The notes below the pieces were generated by a model. The model was not told the DNA's origin and searched no databases. It worked only from the letters and a program-made list of their open reading frames with translations. Below are positions 38,680-48,294 of a stretch of 64,000 nt of DNA, in pieces (position 1 is the stretch's first letter; the number at the start of each line of letters is the position of its first letter). Origin of the DNA: Candidatus Kaiserbacteria bacterium. Lineage in GTDB: Bacteria; Patescibacteriota; Minisyncoccia; Phycocordibacterales; Phycocordibacteraceae. Position numbers and translations under genes: made by a program. Location of the stretch: the NCBI GenBank assembly GCA_027451665.1, contig DAIDIW010000002.1:48251-112250 (forward strand). Direction: 5' to 3'.

Positions 38680-39531
38680 ATGCCTCGGGACTATTACGCG
38701 CTCCTGAAGCCGGGCATCATCTACGGAAACGCGATCACCGCGGCAGGCGGCTTCATGCTTGCGGCAGGCGGGCATCCCGATTGGCTGCTCCTGCTCGCAA
38801 CTCTCGTGGGACTCTCGCTCGTCATCGGCAGCGGCTGCGTCTTCAATAATTGCGTCGATCGCGATATTGATGCGCTCATGCAGCGGACACAATCGCGGCC
38901 GCTCGTGCGTGGCACAATCACGTTCCGCGCCGCGTTCGTATATGGGGCGGTCGTTGGCCTCGCCGGATTTGCCATCCTGCTTACATTCACCAACATTCGT
39001 GCGACTCTCGTCGCGCTGTTCGGATTTGTCGCATATGTATTCGTCTACAGCCTCTGGGCGAAGCGGCGCACCGTATACGGAACGCATCTCGGCGCGCTTT
39101 CAGGCGCGGTACCGCCGGTCGTTGGATATGTGGCGGTGGCGAACCGTCTCGATCTCGCCGCGCTCATCCTGTTCCTTATACTATTTTTTTGGCAGATGCC
39201 GCATTTCTTCGCGATTGCGATTCGTCGTGAGGAGGACTATCGTGGAGCGCGTATTCCGGCGCTCCCTCTCGTGCGGAGCGCACAAGAAACCCGTCTACAG
39301 ATACGGCTCTATATCTTTGCGTTCCTCTTTGCGGCGCTCTCGCTCTGGTATGCGGGATTCGCGAGCGCGACCTATGCGGTTGCTGCGTGCCTACTCGGTC
39401 TTTTCTGGCTCATGAGTTCGCTGTTGCCGGCAACGAATGAACGCGTGTGGGCTGCGCGCATATTTTCCTTTTCGCTCATTGTGCTCACGCTCCTCTCGGT
39501 CGCGTGGATGCTCTCACCAATCACCCCTTGA
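38680..39531 (+). CDS. cyoE: Heme o synthase (protoheme IX farnesyltransferase)
   Basis: KPGII, DRDIDALMQRT..RPL, WQMPHF. Confidence 0.95.
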   Translation: MPRDYYALLKPGIIYGNAITAAGGFMLAAGGHPDWLLLLATLVGLSLVIGSGCVFNNCVDRDIDALMQRTQSRPLVRGTITFRAAFVYGAVVGLAGFAILLTFTNIRATLVALFGFVAYVFVYSLWAKRRTVYGTHLGALSGAVPPVVGYVAVANRLDLAALILFLILFFWQMPHFFAIAIRREEDYRGARIPALPLVRSAQETRLQIRLYIFAFLFAALSLWYAGFASATYAVAACLLGLFWLMSSLLPATNERVWAARIFSFSLIVLTLLSVAWMLSPITP

Positions 39532-40018
39532 AGGGTCCGCTGAGCGGGAGTTCGAGGAATCGCGCTACGCGAACCGCGGGCGCCATAGGGTGCGTTGTAA
39601 GTCGCGGTCGCGCGTCGCCGATACGTATTCGGGTGCCGTCAGCGAGCACGAGAAATGCTTCGACGCGCGATACGAGGGGGGTCGCCGTCATGCGCGCTTC
39701 CCGAAGCTCTACACGTGTAGCGGCAGCGAGAGGATAGGAGTGTGTCCTCGTGAGCAGGAATCGCCGTGTCCGTCTCCGGATTTGGCCTCCGCGCTTATCG
39801 AGCTCTACGGTTTCGGCCATGTTCGCGAAAAGTACTACCAGCCCGAGCGCAAACAGGGCTGCCGCTGCTTGCGCCATGGCAAGTGCATCGCTCGTACCGA
39901 GCACGGATGCCGTAAATAGCACCATGCCAAGAATGGTCAGGCTGCCTCCCGCGGTCAATTGCGCCACGCTCGCATGGATGAGCGACAGTTCGTCTGTGGT
40001 CTCATTGAGTACCCTCAT
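39521..40018 (-). CDS. Hypothetical membrane protein
   Basis: Two TMs then a beta-rich region; -10-like TATCAT upstream. Confidence 0.55.
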   Translation of the reverse strand: MRVLNETTDELSLIHASVAQLTAGGSLTILGMVLFTASVLGTSDALAMAQAAAALFALGLVVLFANMAETVELDKRGGQIRRRTRRFLLTRTHSYPLAAATRVELREARMTATPLVSRVEAFLVLADGTRIRIGDARPRLTTHPMAPAVRVARFLELPLSGPFKG

Positions 40019-40115
40019 TACGCCATATGATAGCGCATGCGCTCGGCGTTACAGATACGTGCGAGTATAAAAGAATCCCGCCATTTCGGCGGGATTCGTA
40101 GCACCTCCACGGGAT

Positions 40116-40511
40116 TTAGGCATGGGTGGTATACCGTGCGCGTAGGCGTTTGGATCGGCGCCGCCAGAGTGCGTGCGTAGCGAGCAGTACGATGCACGCA
40201 ATGACGCTGAGCATGCGCGTCGCACGGCCAAGCGCGGGGAAGCTCGCGATGCCGTAGAACGCGGCAAGAAGCGAGATGCCCCAGACGATTCTCCTGAATC
40301 GGTCGCTACGGATAAAGATCCGAATCCGATCCTTTCTACGTACCCCGTACGGGGAGGATGCAAGGAGAAGCGTCACACAGACGATTCCAATCGACCACGA
40401 GCCCGTCCACGGAAGTCCGGTGTTGAGGGAAAGCACGGGAGATAGTATGAGCATACTGAGTCCCGCCGTGATGATTCCCGCAGGTATGTTCTGCAAGGTA
40501 CGGTCCATCAT
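40116..40511 (-). CDS. Hypothetical membrane protein
   Basis: Four hydrophobic stretches; hairpin at 40073-40097 downstream; start uncertain. Confidence 0.4.
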   Translation of the reverse strand: MMDRTLQNIPAGIITAGLSMLILSPVLSLNTGLPWTGSWSIGIVCVTLLLASSPYGVRRKDRIRIFIRSDRFRRIVWGISLLAAFYGIASFPALGRATRMLSVIACIVLLATHALWRRRSKRLRARYTTHA

Positions 40512-40622
40512 TTGTACACTCCTGATGGTGTTTCGTAGTGCATAGTACCCATCGGTTAAGGAAGACGTCAACCGCAGTGCGTGCTCGCGCGAGAACACGC
40601 CTAGGTGGTGTAAGCTTTGTAC

Positions 40623-41105
40623 ATGCAGCGAAAGCGCTTCCAACTGTGGCACTCCATCCTGGGTGTCGGGATACTTCTTGTGGGCGAGGCCGTCGTACTT
40701 TCTGTCTCGGCGAATTTTCCAGGCGAGATAATGGTGCTACTTGGCGCGAGCGTCGGCGGAGCGGGCATCATATTCGTGGCCACAGAAGTTATTGAAGAAG
40801 TGCGTAACGCGCGCCGCATGCTTTTTCTGCTTTCGGCGATTGTCTTTGAGTTCATTCTTTTCTTTGGCTTTCAGTACGGGTATCTCATCAATGTGCTGCC
40901 GGGCGCGTTCCAAGGTCTTTCCGCGGATCCCATGAGCATTTTGCTGCAAAGTGTGATGGTCTTCGTATTTAATCCGCTCTATCTGCCGATAACTGCTGCT
41001 GGAAAGGCGCTCATGCTTCTCAACACCGCGGAGGCGCTTATTCTGGTTTTCTTCGTATTGCAGAATATCTGGCAATTTCGTACGCGCACGTTCATCAGTT
41101 CCTAA
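40623..41105 (+). CDS. Hypothetical multi-TM protein
   Basis: Strongly hydrophobic 160-aa ORF. Confidence 0.65.
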   Translation: MQRKRFQLWHSILGVGILLVGEAVVLSVSANFPGEIMVLLGASVGGAGIIFVATEVIEEVRNARRMLFLLSAIVFEFILFFGFQYGYLINVLPGAFQGLSADPMSILLQSVMVFVFNPLYLPITAAGKALMLLNTAEALILVFFVLQNIWQFRTRTFISS

Positions 41106-41111
41106 CTATCC

Positions 41112-41861
41112 TCATGATGGCGGATGGGCGGCGAGTGACGCTTCTTGCGCAGCCGTGAGATAGCGGTTGCGGCGTAGGGTAGAAAGCACGTGGAGATAGC
41201 GTGCGGCCGCAGCTGATGGGTGGGAACCGAAATAGCTCGGTGCTTGCGGCAGGCCCGTGAGGTAGTAGCACTGCGCACGCGAGAGCTGCGCAGGCGACTC
41301 ATTGAAGTAAGTACGCGCCGCTGCGGCAAACCCCAGCGCACCGCGGCCGTAGTAGACGCTGTTCAGATAAAGCTCAAGTATCCGTTGCTTGGAGAAATCG
41401 TGTTCGAGTATGAGCCCGTATTTAACTACCCTCAGCTCGCTCCATATCTCGGCAGGGAGCGAAGGCTGTGCGCGGGGTTCGTCGATTATAATGCGGGAGA
41501 GCTGTTGCGTGATCGTGCTACCACCGTGATCCTGGTGATCGTTCTTGAAGGTGGCGAATCCGGCGCGCACGAGCGCGATCGGATCGACCCCCGGATTATA
41601 GAAGAATCGTTTGTCTTCGACCGAGGTCGTTCCCTGCACGGCACAGTGGGGGATTGCGCTGAAGGGCAGATAGGTGCCGCCGCGCTCGGCATACGCGGCT
41701 TCGAGCTGCGCGGGGTATCGCGCGACGATGCCGCCGCTCGTAAGCGCAAAGATCGCGCCGAAAAAGTATGCCGCGAGGTAGAAGACGGCGACGCATCCTG
41801 CGGCGCCCGCAATCGCGTACACGGCAAAGCGCAGTGCCGTATATATCCTTTGCATCGGCAT
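41112..41861 (-). CDS. Monofunctional peptidoglycan transglycosylase (GT51)
   Basis: EDKRF..NPGVD, GGSTITQQL, ILELYLNSVYYG. Confidence 0.9.
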   Translation of the reverse strand: MPMQRIYTALRFAVYAIAGAAGCVAVFYLAAYFFGAIFALTSGGIVARYPAQLEAAYAERGGTYLPFSAIPHCAVQGTTSVEDKRFFYNPGVDPIALVRAGFATFKNDHQDHGGSTITQQLSRIIIDEPRAQPSLPAEIWSELRVVKYGLILEHDFSKQRILELYLNSVYYGRGALGFAAAARTYFNESPAQLSRAQCYYLTGLPQAPSYFGSHPSAAAARYLHVLSTLRRNRYLTAAQEASLAAHPPS

Positions 41862-41914
41862 AAGATTCCTTACGATACCGAACCAGACGATGATAGGGAA
41901 GGCGCGTCCCGCTT

Positions 41915-43378
41915 TCAGCGTCGCGTTCTTCGCCAGATGAACGGGGCGAGGCCAATTTTCTCGGGGAGGCGGTTGAGGTACGGTATGTAGGGGAAGGTAA
42001 TCACCACAATCATAAGCAGGCCAAGTATCTCCGCGGCGTCTCTATCGCCGTACGCCTTGTCCGGCAGATCGAAGACGTAATTCGAGAGGGCTAGCGGCAT
42101 GAGCCACCACGATCCTGGAGGCAGCTTATAGACGCTCCCAGTTTCGTCTTTCACCATGCCCCATTCGACAGTGCTCATGTGGAGCGCCGCCGCGCGCTCT
42201 TCGGGAATTCCCATGTCGTCGAGAAAACGTAGGCTATAGGTGTAGTTGATGCTCGGGTTCTCGTTATCCAGGATCGATTCATAGAGGCCGCTCTTTGTCA
42301 TAGGAATGAGCGTTTGCAGCATCTCAATAACCGGGTTCGAGCTCGTCGCGTACCTGGTCTCGTCTGAGGACGATGCGAACCGATATGCCTGTGCGATATA
42401 CGCGCGCTGTGCGTCCGGGGAAGCGTGCGTAAATGCCTCCCACGCATCTGGCGTGACTACGGGCGGCGTCCCTGATGCGGTCAAAGCAGGCTGCCTGCTT
42501 TGGAGGTACGTCTCATAGGGAGACACCACATATACTCGCCGCGTATCGAAGGAGTATGGGTCAATAGAGTCAAGATAGGTTGCGGTATCGGAGGTATGAT
42601 CGAATTCCTGGAGGAGGGTGGTCGTCACGAGTGGCTGGCGCACGCGGGCAATGTCTGCGATACGTACCGACGGTACGTACGGCGAATGGAAAAAGAAGGC
42701 AAGCGTAAGTATGACGAGCAAGAGCGCAAGTCCGCGCTCATACATGATGCGGTGATTCGCCGCTTCCATCGTATAAGAAATGTCCGACCGGTATGGTTTT
42801 GCGATGCCGTACGTATGTTCAAGCAAATAGTGCGCAATGAAGAGTACGAAGATCGTGAGAGGGATAAGCGCGACGTGTATCAGGAACGTCTGCGAATAGT
42901 TTAAGGGGTTCAGCCAATAGCCGAGGTATGCACCGTTCCAGAAATCAGCTCCGGAGACGGCCCGGAATTGCGACGCGAAATCTCCGCGTAACCCATAGCC
43001 GAATTCCGTCTGAATGAGCGCTAGACAGAAGATGGTTGCCCCGAACACCCAGACCATGCGCCGCGGCTTCCGAAAGCCGCTCGTCGTGAAGCCTACGAGC
43101 CCATGCAGGATAAGGATGAAAATAAAGGCCTGGACTGTCCACAGATGCACGCTGCGTACGTAAATGCCCCAAGGGTTAAAAAGCCACCAATTTTGACCCA
43201 TAAAGGCCAACGTGAGACCTGAAATACCGAGAAGGACGAGACAGGTGAGCGCGAGAAAACCGAGACCGTAGAATATGGTGTTGCCGTAGGAGGGAAGTCG
43301 GTGAAAATAGACTTTATCGAGGATTGTATGCAGCGCATTGGTATCGGGACTATACTCGTGAACCTCGTCGGGTGTCAT
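41915..43378 (-). CDS. Cytochrome b N-terminal domain protein with large soluble insert
   Basis: RSVH...LH and H...H heme-ligand pairs; PPGSWW near the C-terminus. Confidence 0.75.
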   Translation of the reverse strand: MTPDEVHEYSPDTNALHTILDKVYFHRLPSYGNTIFYGLGFLALTCLVLLGISGLTLAFMGQNWWLFNPWGIYVRSVHLWTVQAFIFILILHGLVGFTTSGFRKPRRMVWVFGATIFCLALIQTEFGYGLRGDFASQFRAVSGADFWNGAYLGYWLNPLNYSQTFLIHVALIPLTIFVLFIAHYLLEHTYGIAKPYRSDISYTMEAANHRIMYERGLALLLVILTLAFFFHSPYVPSVRIADIARVRQPLVTTTLLQEFDHTSDTATYLDSIDPYSFDTRRVYVVSPYETYLQSRQPALTASGTPPVVTPDAWEAFTHASPDAQRAYIAQAYRFASSSDETRYATSSNPVIEMLQTLIPMTKSGLYESILDNENPSINYTYSLRFLDDMGIPEERAAALHMSTVEWGMVKDETGSVYKLPPGSWWLMPLALSNYVFDLPDKAYGDRDAAEILGLLMIVVITFPYIPYLNRLPEKIGLAPFIWRRTRR

Positions 43379-43632
43379 ACTCGAAAAATATCACAGACTA
43401 AGGGGATCCGGCGCGGAATTCACTCGCGACTCAAAATGTGCATCGACGTGGAACAACGTAACGGAGAAGGGTCCGAGCCTAACGGGGAGCCGCGATACAT
43501 CTTTGCGTTCAGACCTGCGTCTGCTTGCTAGCGTGTTTTTTGCCCCGGAGGAGAAGAACAAAAGGATGCAGGGAACTCGTTACCGGCCCAGGCTGAACGC
43601 ATAACAGCGTACGGAGCACGCCAAAGCAGACC

Positions 43633-44123
43633 ATGACTACAAACGAGAGCGCTTCTACCTCGCGAACGTGCGGCAGTTGCTCGCTATTGACCCAGACATG
43701 CCAGTGCGTGAATTGCAGCGGCAGCTTGCCGACAACGGCATCGAACTGAGCCGCGAATACCTTACGAAGCTCGTGAAGAAGCAGGAGCGCGGGCTCGCGC
43801 ACCGCTTCGACTGCGCGACCGCGAAGAAAGCCGTCGCGCAGATCCATGACGTCCTCACCGAGACCACGCGGCGCATCTGGCCGATCCTCCTCGCGAAGAC
43901 TTCCACGAACAAAGAAAAAATCTCGGCAGCGGCCGAAATCCGCGGGGCGCACATGACTGCATTCAAGCTCGCGCGGCTCGCAAACATTCTCGAAGAACCC
44001 GCACCCGGCAGCGCCAGCACGAGCCTATGGAGGAAGGAGGACGAAACCACCGAACAGCTCGTTGCCGACCTTCGTAAGCTGTGGGGTTACCCTCCCCAGG
44101 AGAGCACTACCGGCTCGCGCTGA
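43633..44123 (+). pseudogene. Helical hypothetical protein, possible 5' frameshift
   Basis: Main frame KRERFYLANVRQLL... has no in-frame ATG before GTG 43668; ATG 43633 would join it with one extra A. Confidence 0.35.
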
Positions 44124-44162
44124 TCGCGCGATCAAAACCCGCAACCACCCGCAATTCTCGCG

Positions 44163-44567
44163 CTACTTCGTCTCGATTACCACGTCCGCTTTCTTGAACT
44201 TGTTGCCCGCGATTGAGCCGAGGATCGCATAGACGATGCTGATCAAGAACGCAAAGGCTATGCCGCCAGCCGTGTGCGCGCTCGCCCCTCCCGTTGCCTG
44301 TGACAAGCCGCCGCTGATACCCGCCCCGATCACGCCGCCGATTACCCCGAGGAACATGAGTATGCCCGCCGTGATCGTGAGGCCGATGGCCCGGTACCCG
44401 GTGAAGAGGACGATGAAGGCGAGAACGAGGCCGATGAGGTACGTGAGCGAGAACGGCACGACGTAGTTGAGGCCGGTGTAGGTCGCGGTGCCCATGCGGC
44501 TCCATGGCGAAAAGAACGCCCAGAGCGCGAGCAATGAGAGAATGCCGTACGTGATGCGCCATTTCAT
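44163..44567 (-). CDS. Hypothetical 4-TM protein
   Basis: Hydrophobic ORF; TATAAT just upstream of the ATG. Confidence 0.7.
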   Translation of the reverse strand: MKWRITYGILSLLALWAFFSPWSRMGTATYTGLNYVVPFSLTYLIGLVLAFIVLFTGYRAIGLTITAGILMFLGVIGGVIGAGISGGLSQATGGASAHTAGGIAFAFLISIVYAILGSIAGNKFKKADVVIETK

Positions 44568-44680
44568 ATGGAAGCCATTATAACCTCTGGTGCTAACCTA
44601 AGTGGCGGGCGCTTTACTTTACACAATAGGTTTGCTATCTTAGCAAGTAGCAATCCGCTCCTTGGAAACGAGATTCACAG

Positions 44681-44749
44681 GGCATGAGACGAGCTTTTTA
44701 CGGCTTACTTTTTACAATCTACTAGGCCGTAGACAGCTCGTCTCATGCC
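44681..44749 (+). other. Long stem-loop in 5' leader
   Basis: 15-bp perfect arms GGCATGAGACGAGCT/AGCTCGTCTCATGCC plus inner TACGGCTTA/TAGGCCGTA. Confidence 0.7.
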
Positions 44750-44801
44750 GAGACAGCCGTTCTCTCGCAGCGCAATGCGGGTTCACCTATGGAGGCATCC
44801 G

Positions 44802-45620
44802 ATGCCAGACATCGCACCCCTCAGTCTTGCCAGCAACGCACTCGACACCTTCGCCAAGTGGGCGCGGGTCATGGAGAGGGCGGGCGTCACGTACGACCAG
44901 CTCGTGCTGCCAATCAACAGCCGGACGGCGCGCCGGAACCTCGCCGAATACCTGAAGGCGGGCTGCCCGAAGCTGGGAAACGCAACCGCAACAGCCGATC
45001 CCGCACCGCTCACCGGCTACGACCTCGCCTCGATCATCCTCGGGAAGGATTTCATTCGTCCCGACGAGGTCGCGGCGAACCGCCCCGGCGTCGTATACAG
45101 CGACGAGCAGTTCGAATCGTTCGAGAACATGCTGCCCGGCCGCGAGGAACTCGAAGAGCTTCGCGACGATGGCTATATGCTCGTCCCTGGTCCCGCGCAA
45201 CCGATGGCGCTCCTCGACATCCGCAGCCTCAAACCCGGCTACTTCTACACGAAAACGGGCGGCTGGTATGCGGAGGAGAAGCAGCGCTTCTCGCGCGAAG
45301 ATCGCGCCCCGACGAAGTGGCTCAAGCTCCGCAAGGGGCCGGTGCCGAACTCGACGGGCAAGAACTGGGACGAACAAAGCCCGCTCCTCTCGGCCGTCGA
45401 GCACGTCCCGAACGACGCCGAAGTCGAATGGGCCGTGACGACGTACAAGGCCGTCCGGGGCATCTACCTGCTCCCGAACGTCTACGTGCGCACGTCCAGT
45501 CGCACCGCTGGCGGCAGTCGCGTCGACGTGGGCCGCTTCGACGCCGAGGGTCTCGACGTCAACGACGTCTGGGGCGACGGCCGCTTCTCTTACTTGGGCC
45601 TGGCGTCTGCTCGGGAGTGA
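44802..45620 (+). CDS. Putative DGR target (variable) protein, CLec-like C-terminus
   Basis: GGAGG RBS; C-terminus VRTSS..G.RV.VG.FD..GL.V...W...R.S.LGLASAR. Confidence 0.7.
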   Translation: MPDIAPLSLASNALDTFAKWARVMERAGVTYDQLVLPINSRTARRNLAEYLKAGCPKLGNATATADPAPLTGYDLASIILGKDFIRPDEVAANRPGVVYSDEQFESFENMLPGREELEELRDDGYMLVPGPAQPMALLDIRSLKPGYFYTKTGGWYAEEKQRFSREDRAPTKWLKLRKGPVPNSTGKNWDEQSPLLSAVEHVPNDAEVEWAVTTYKAVRGIYLLPNVYVRTSSRTAGGSRVDVGRFDAEGLDVNDVWGDGRFSYLGLASARE

Positions 45621-45667
45621 ATCTCGAAGCCTTGAGGGCTTGTCCCTCTTGATCTCTTGACTCCTTG

Positions 45668-45720
45668 AGCCCTCTCGTTTTTTGCGGATACAACTGCAAA
45701 AGCGCGAGGGCTTTTTCTTT
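45668..45720 (+). terminator. Hairpin and T-tract after the DGR-target-like gene
   Basis: AGCCCTC..TTTTGCGG / CTGCAAAA..GAGGGCT then TTTTCTTT. Confidence 0.6.
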
Positions 45721-45969
45721 GGTCACTTTTTGGGCAACCCGTGGGCAACCGCGGGCATTACCAACCAACGCAACGCGGACAAAAAGTGGCCAGAGAAAAC
45801 GTTACACCCTCCCAACTTGGGAAGGGTGTTTCGCTTTGACTGCTTCAGAGGCAGAACAGTCCGGGAGCCTTTTGAGGACTGCGTAACGTTCACGATGCGC
45901 ACTTGTTCATCACCTCCTGTATGCGATCTGATTGGTGGGAATCCTGACCATTTGGGATATAATCAACAC

Positions 45970-46317
45970 GTGTCCGATATAAAGAAACTAACTAAGGACT
46001 TGGTCAAATTTCGAGATGCGCGGGATTGGAAACAATTCCACAACCCCAAGGACTGCGCCATCTCTCTGTCGCTCGAGGCCGCAGAGGTACTCGAGCATTT
46101 TCAATGGAAGGATACGAAAGAAGTAGAGCAATACCTAAAGACAAACAAGGCTGATATTGGCGAGGAACTCGCAGACGTTTTGTACTGGGTACTGCTCATC
46201 TCTCACGACCTAAAAATTGACCTCGCGCGGGCATTCGAGAAAAAGATGGAAAAGAACAGTGCCAAGTATCCCGTTGCGAAGGCGAAAGGGAAGCATACCA
46301 AATACACTGAACTATGA
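45970..46317 (+). CDS. MazG-like nucleotide pyrophosphohydrolase
   Basis: RDWKQFHNPKD, EAAEVLEHFQW, EELADV, KYP; TATAAT 6 nt before the GTG. Confidence 0.9.
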   Translation: MSDIKKLTKDLVKFRDARDWKQFHNPKDCAISLSLEAAEVLEHFQWKDTKEVEQYLKTNKADIGEELADVLYWVLLISHDLKIDLARAFEKKMEKNSAKYPVAKAKGKHTKYTEL

Positions 46318-47162
46318 GATTGTTCTCGGGCTCGTCAACAGAGTTTATTAGCGACGCGATACATAACCAGATTGCTGACAAACTCAAAAACGCATTCTTC
46401 CAGTACTACCGATACAATCCCTCGCCCGGCGAGATCCGCTCTTGGCAGAACTCCTTACGAGCCCTGTCGCAGGTTTTTACATACTCGAATCTCGACGACA
46501 ACGGGGTGATTCTTGAATACCAGCTCCCGCTAACCTCGAAGCGGCTTGATTGCCTCATTACGGGTCACGACGAGGAGAGATCAAATGCAGTCATAATCGA
46601 ACTCAAACAATGGGAGAAGTGTGAAATGTCCGAAAGCGAAAATGAGGTCCTCACTTGGGTCGGTGGAGCAAAGCGCGAGGTGTTACACCCCTCCGTTCAA
46701 GTCGGTCGCTATCAAATGTACCTAAAGGATACGCATACAGCTTTTAATATCGATAACCCGGTACAGCTCGAAGCGTGCTCTTATCTACACAACTACACTC
46801 CGCACCCCCACGACGAGATATATTCAACGAAATTCCAGAATTTGCTCGAAACCTTCCCGGTCTTTACGGCTGACGACGTAGATCCCTTCCGGGAGTACCT
46901 AACTTCCAAACTCTCTCGAGGCGGCGGGATGGAGATTTTGGATCGTATCGAAAAAAGCGAGTACAAGCCGAGCAAACAACTCATGGATCACGTGAGCAAG
47001 ATTATCCGCGAACGAAGCGAGTACATTCTGCTCGATGAGCAACTCATTGTGTATGACAAGGTACTCTCCATTGTAAAAAAAGGACTGGATAGCCAGAAGA
47101 AGACGGTCGTTATTGTCCGTGGAGGTCCAGGGACAGGGAAATCCGTGATAGCTATAAACTGA
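46314..47162 (+). pseudogene. DUF2075-type nuclease/helicase, truncated by IS
   Basis: LEYQLP..KRLD..IIELKQW nuclease-like domain; ends just after Walker A GGPGTGKS, with the stop supplied by the IS end. Confidence 0.8.
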
Positions 47163-47227
47163 CCCGTACCCCAAATTTTGCACACCCTCTTGGGAGGATT
47201 AACCTGTGCGCATAACCCTCCCGCCAT

Positions 47228-47482
47228 ATGAAGCAGCGACGCATCGCTCCAGAACTCAAGGAGCAGATACTTGGGCGCATTAAGAACGACGGCGTCTCCG
47301 TCTCGCAGGCGGCCGCCGATCACGGCGTGAACCCCACCACCATATATGAGTGGCTCAAGGCAGGCATCGAAAGCGGTCCCTCATACGCAGAACGCTCCCG
47401 CCTGAAGAGGGAGAACCTCGACTTGAAGCTCCTCGTGGGCGAGATGACGCTCCGCCTCTCCGAGGCCCAAAAAAAGAGGTGA
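47228..47482 (+). CDS. IS3 transposase OrfA
   Basis: HTH (VSQAAADHGVNPTTIYEW) and zipper LKRENLDLK; A7G slippery site at 47469-47476. Confidence 0.88.
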   Translation: MKQRRIAPELKEQILGRIKNDGVSVSQAAADHGVNPTTIYEWLKAGIESGPSYAERSRLKRENLDLKLLVGEMTLRLSEAQKKR

Positions 47483-48294
47483 GGAGCGCATACCGTGCGA
47501 ACACCGCGCTCCTCGCGCGGCAGCTCGGCGTGTCTCGCCGGAGCCTGTACCACCGCCCCCGCATGGAAGCGAAGGATTGGGCGCTCAAGGTGCGGATCGA
47601 AGAAGCGCTCAGAGAATTCCCCGCATACGGGCACCGCCGCTTGGCGCTTCACCTTCGCGCCAACAAGAAGCGGGTGCGCCGCGTGATGAAGAAGTTCGGC
47701 ATCAAGCCGTATCGAAGGAGGGTACGGCACTGGAAGAAACCGAGGAAACTGCTCGGTATCTATCCGAACCTCCTCATGACCATGCGGCCGTCCTTCCCGC
47801 ACCACGCCTGGGCGGCAGACTTCACGCATATCCTCTGGCGGGAACACGACATCCGCATGGCGACCGTGGTGGACATCTTCACGCGCAGGATCGTGGGCCT
47901 CGCGATTGGGACCCGCGGCGGCACCGCCCTCGTGACCGCCGCGCTCTGCAACGCGCTCCTGGCACATCCCCGCCCTGTCCTCTTCCACAGCGACAATGGG
48001 GTTGAGTATGACGCATGTTCCTTCCGGAGACTTCTCGATTCGCTTGACATCCGCATCTCACGGAGCAAGAAGGGCTGTCCCTGGGAGAACGGGTACCAGG
48101 AGAGCTTCTATGACAAGTTCAAGATCGACCTCGGGGATCCGAACCGCTTCGAGACGCTCGGCGAACTCACCGCAGAACTCTATGCGGCCGTGCATGCATA
48201 CAACACCCGCCGCATACATTCCACGCTTCGCATGCCGCCACAAGAATTCGCAGCAAGGCACGCACGTGCTACGCTATTAGCAATCCCAAGTTAG
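47479..48294 (+). CDS. IS3 transposase OrfB (DDE integrase core)
   Basis: YGHRR, WAADFT, HSDNGVEY, WENGYQESF; in the -1 frame relative to OrfA. Confidence 0.92.
   Translation: MRSAYRANTALLARQLGVSRRSLYHRPRMEAKDWALKVRIEEALREFPAYGHRRLALHLRANKKRVRRVMKKFGIKPYRRRVRHWKKPRKLLGIYPNLLMTMRPSFPHHAWAADFTHILWREHDIRMATVVDIFTRRIVGLAIGTRGGTALVTAALCNALLAHPRPVLFHSDNGVEYDACSFRRLLDSLDIRISRSKKGCPWENGYQESFYDKFKIDLGDPNRFETLGELTAELYAAVHAYNTRRIHSTLRMPPQEFAARHARATLLAIPS

Noticed and set aside
44780-44790. GGTTCACCTAT matching half of the lexA operator upstream of the DGR-target-like gene
   Set aside because: Only a half-site; the GTGAAC arm is missing, so probably chance
45631-45668. CRISPR or microsatellite interpretation of the CTTG units
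   Set aside because: Units are too short and have no spacers; no CRISPR array or cas gene seen anywhere in the window
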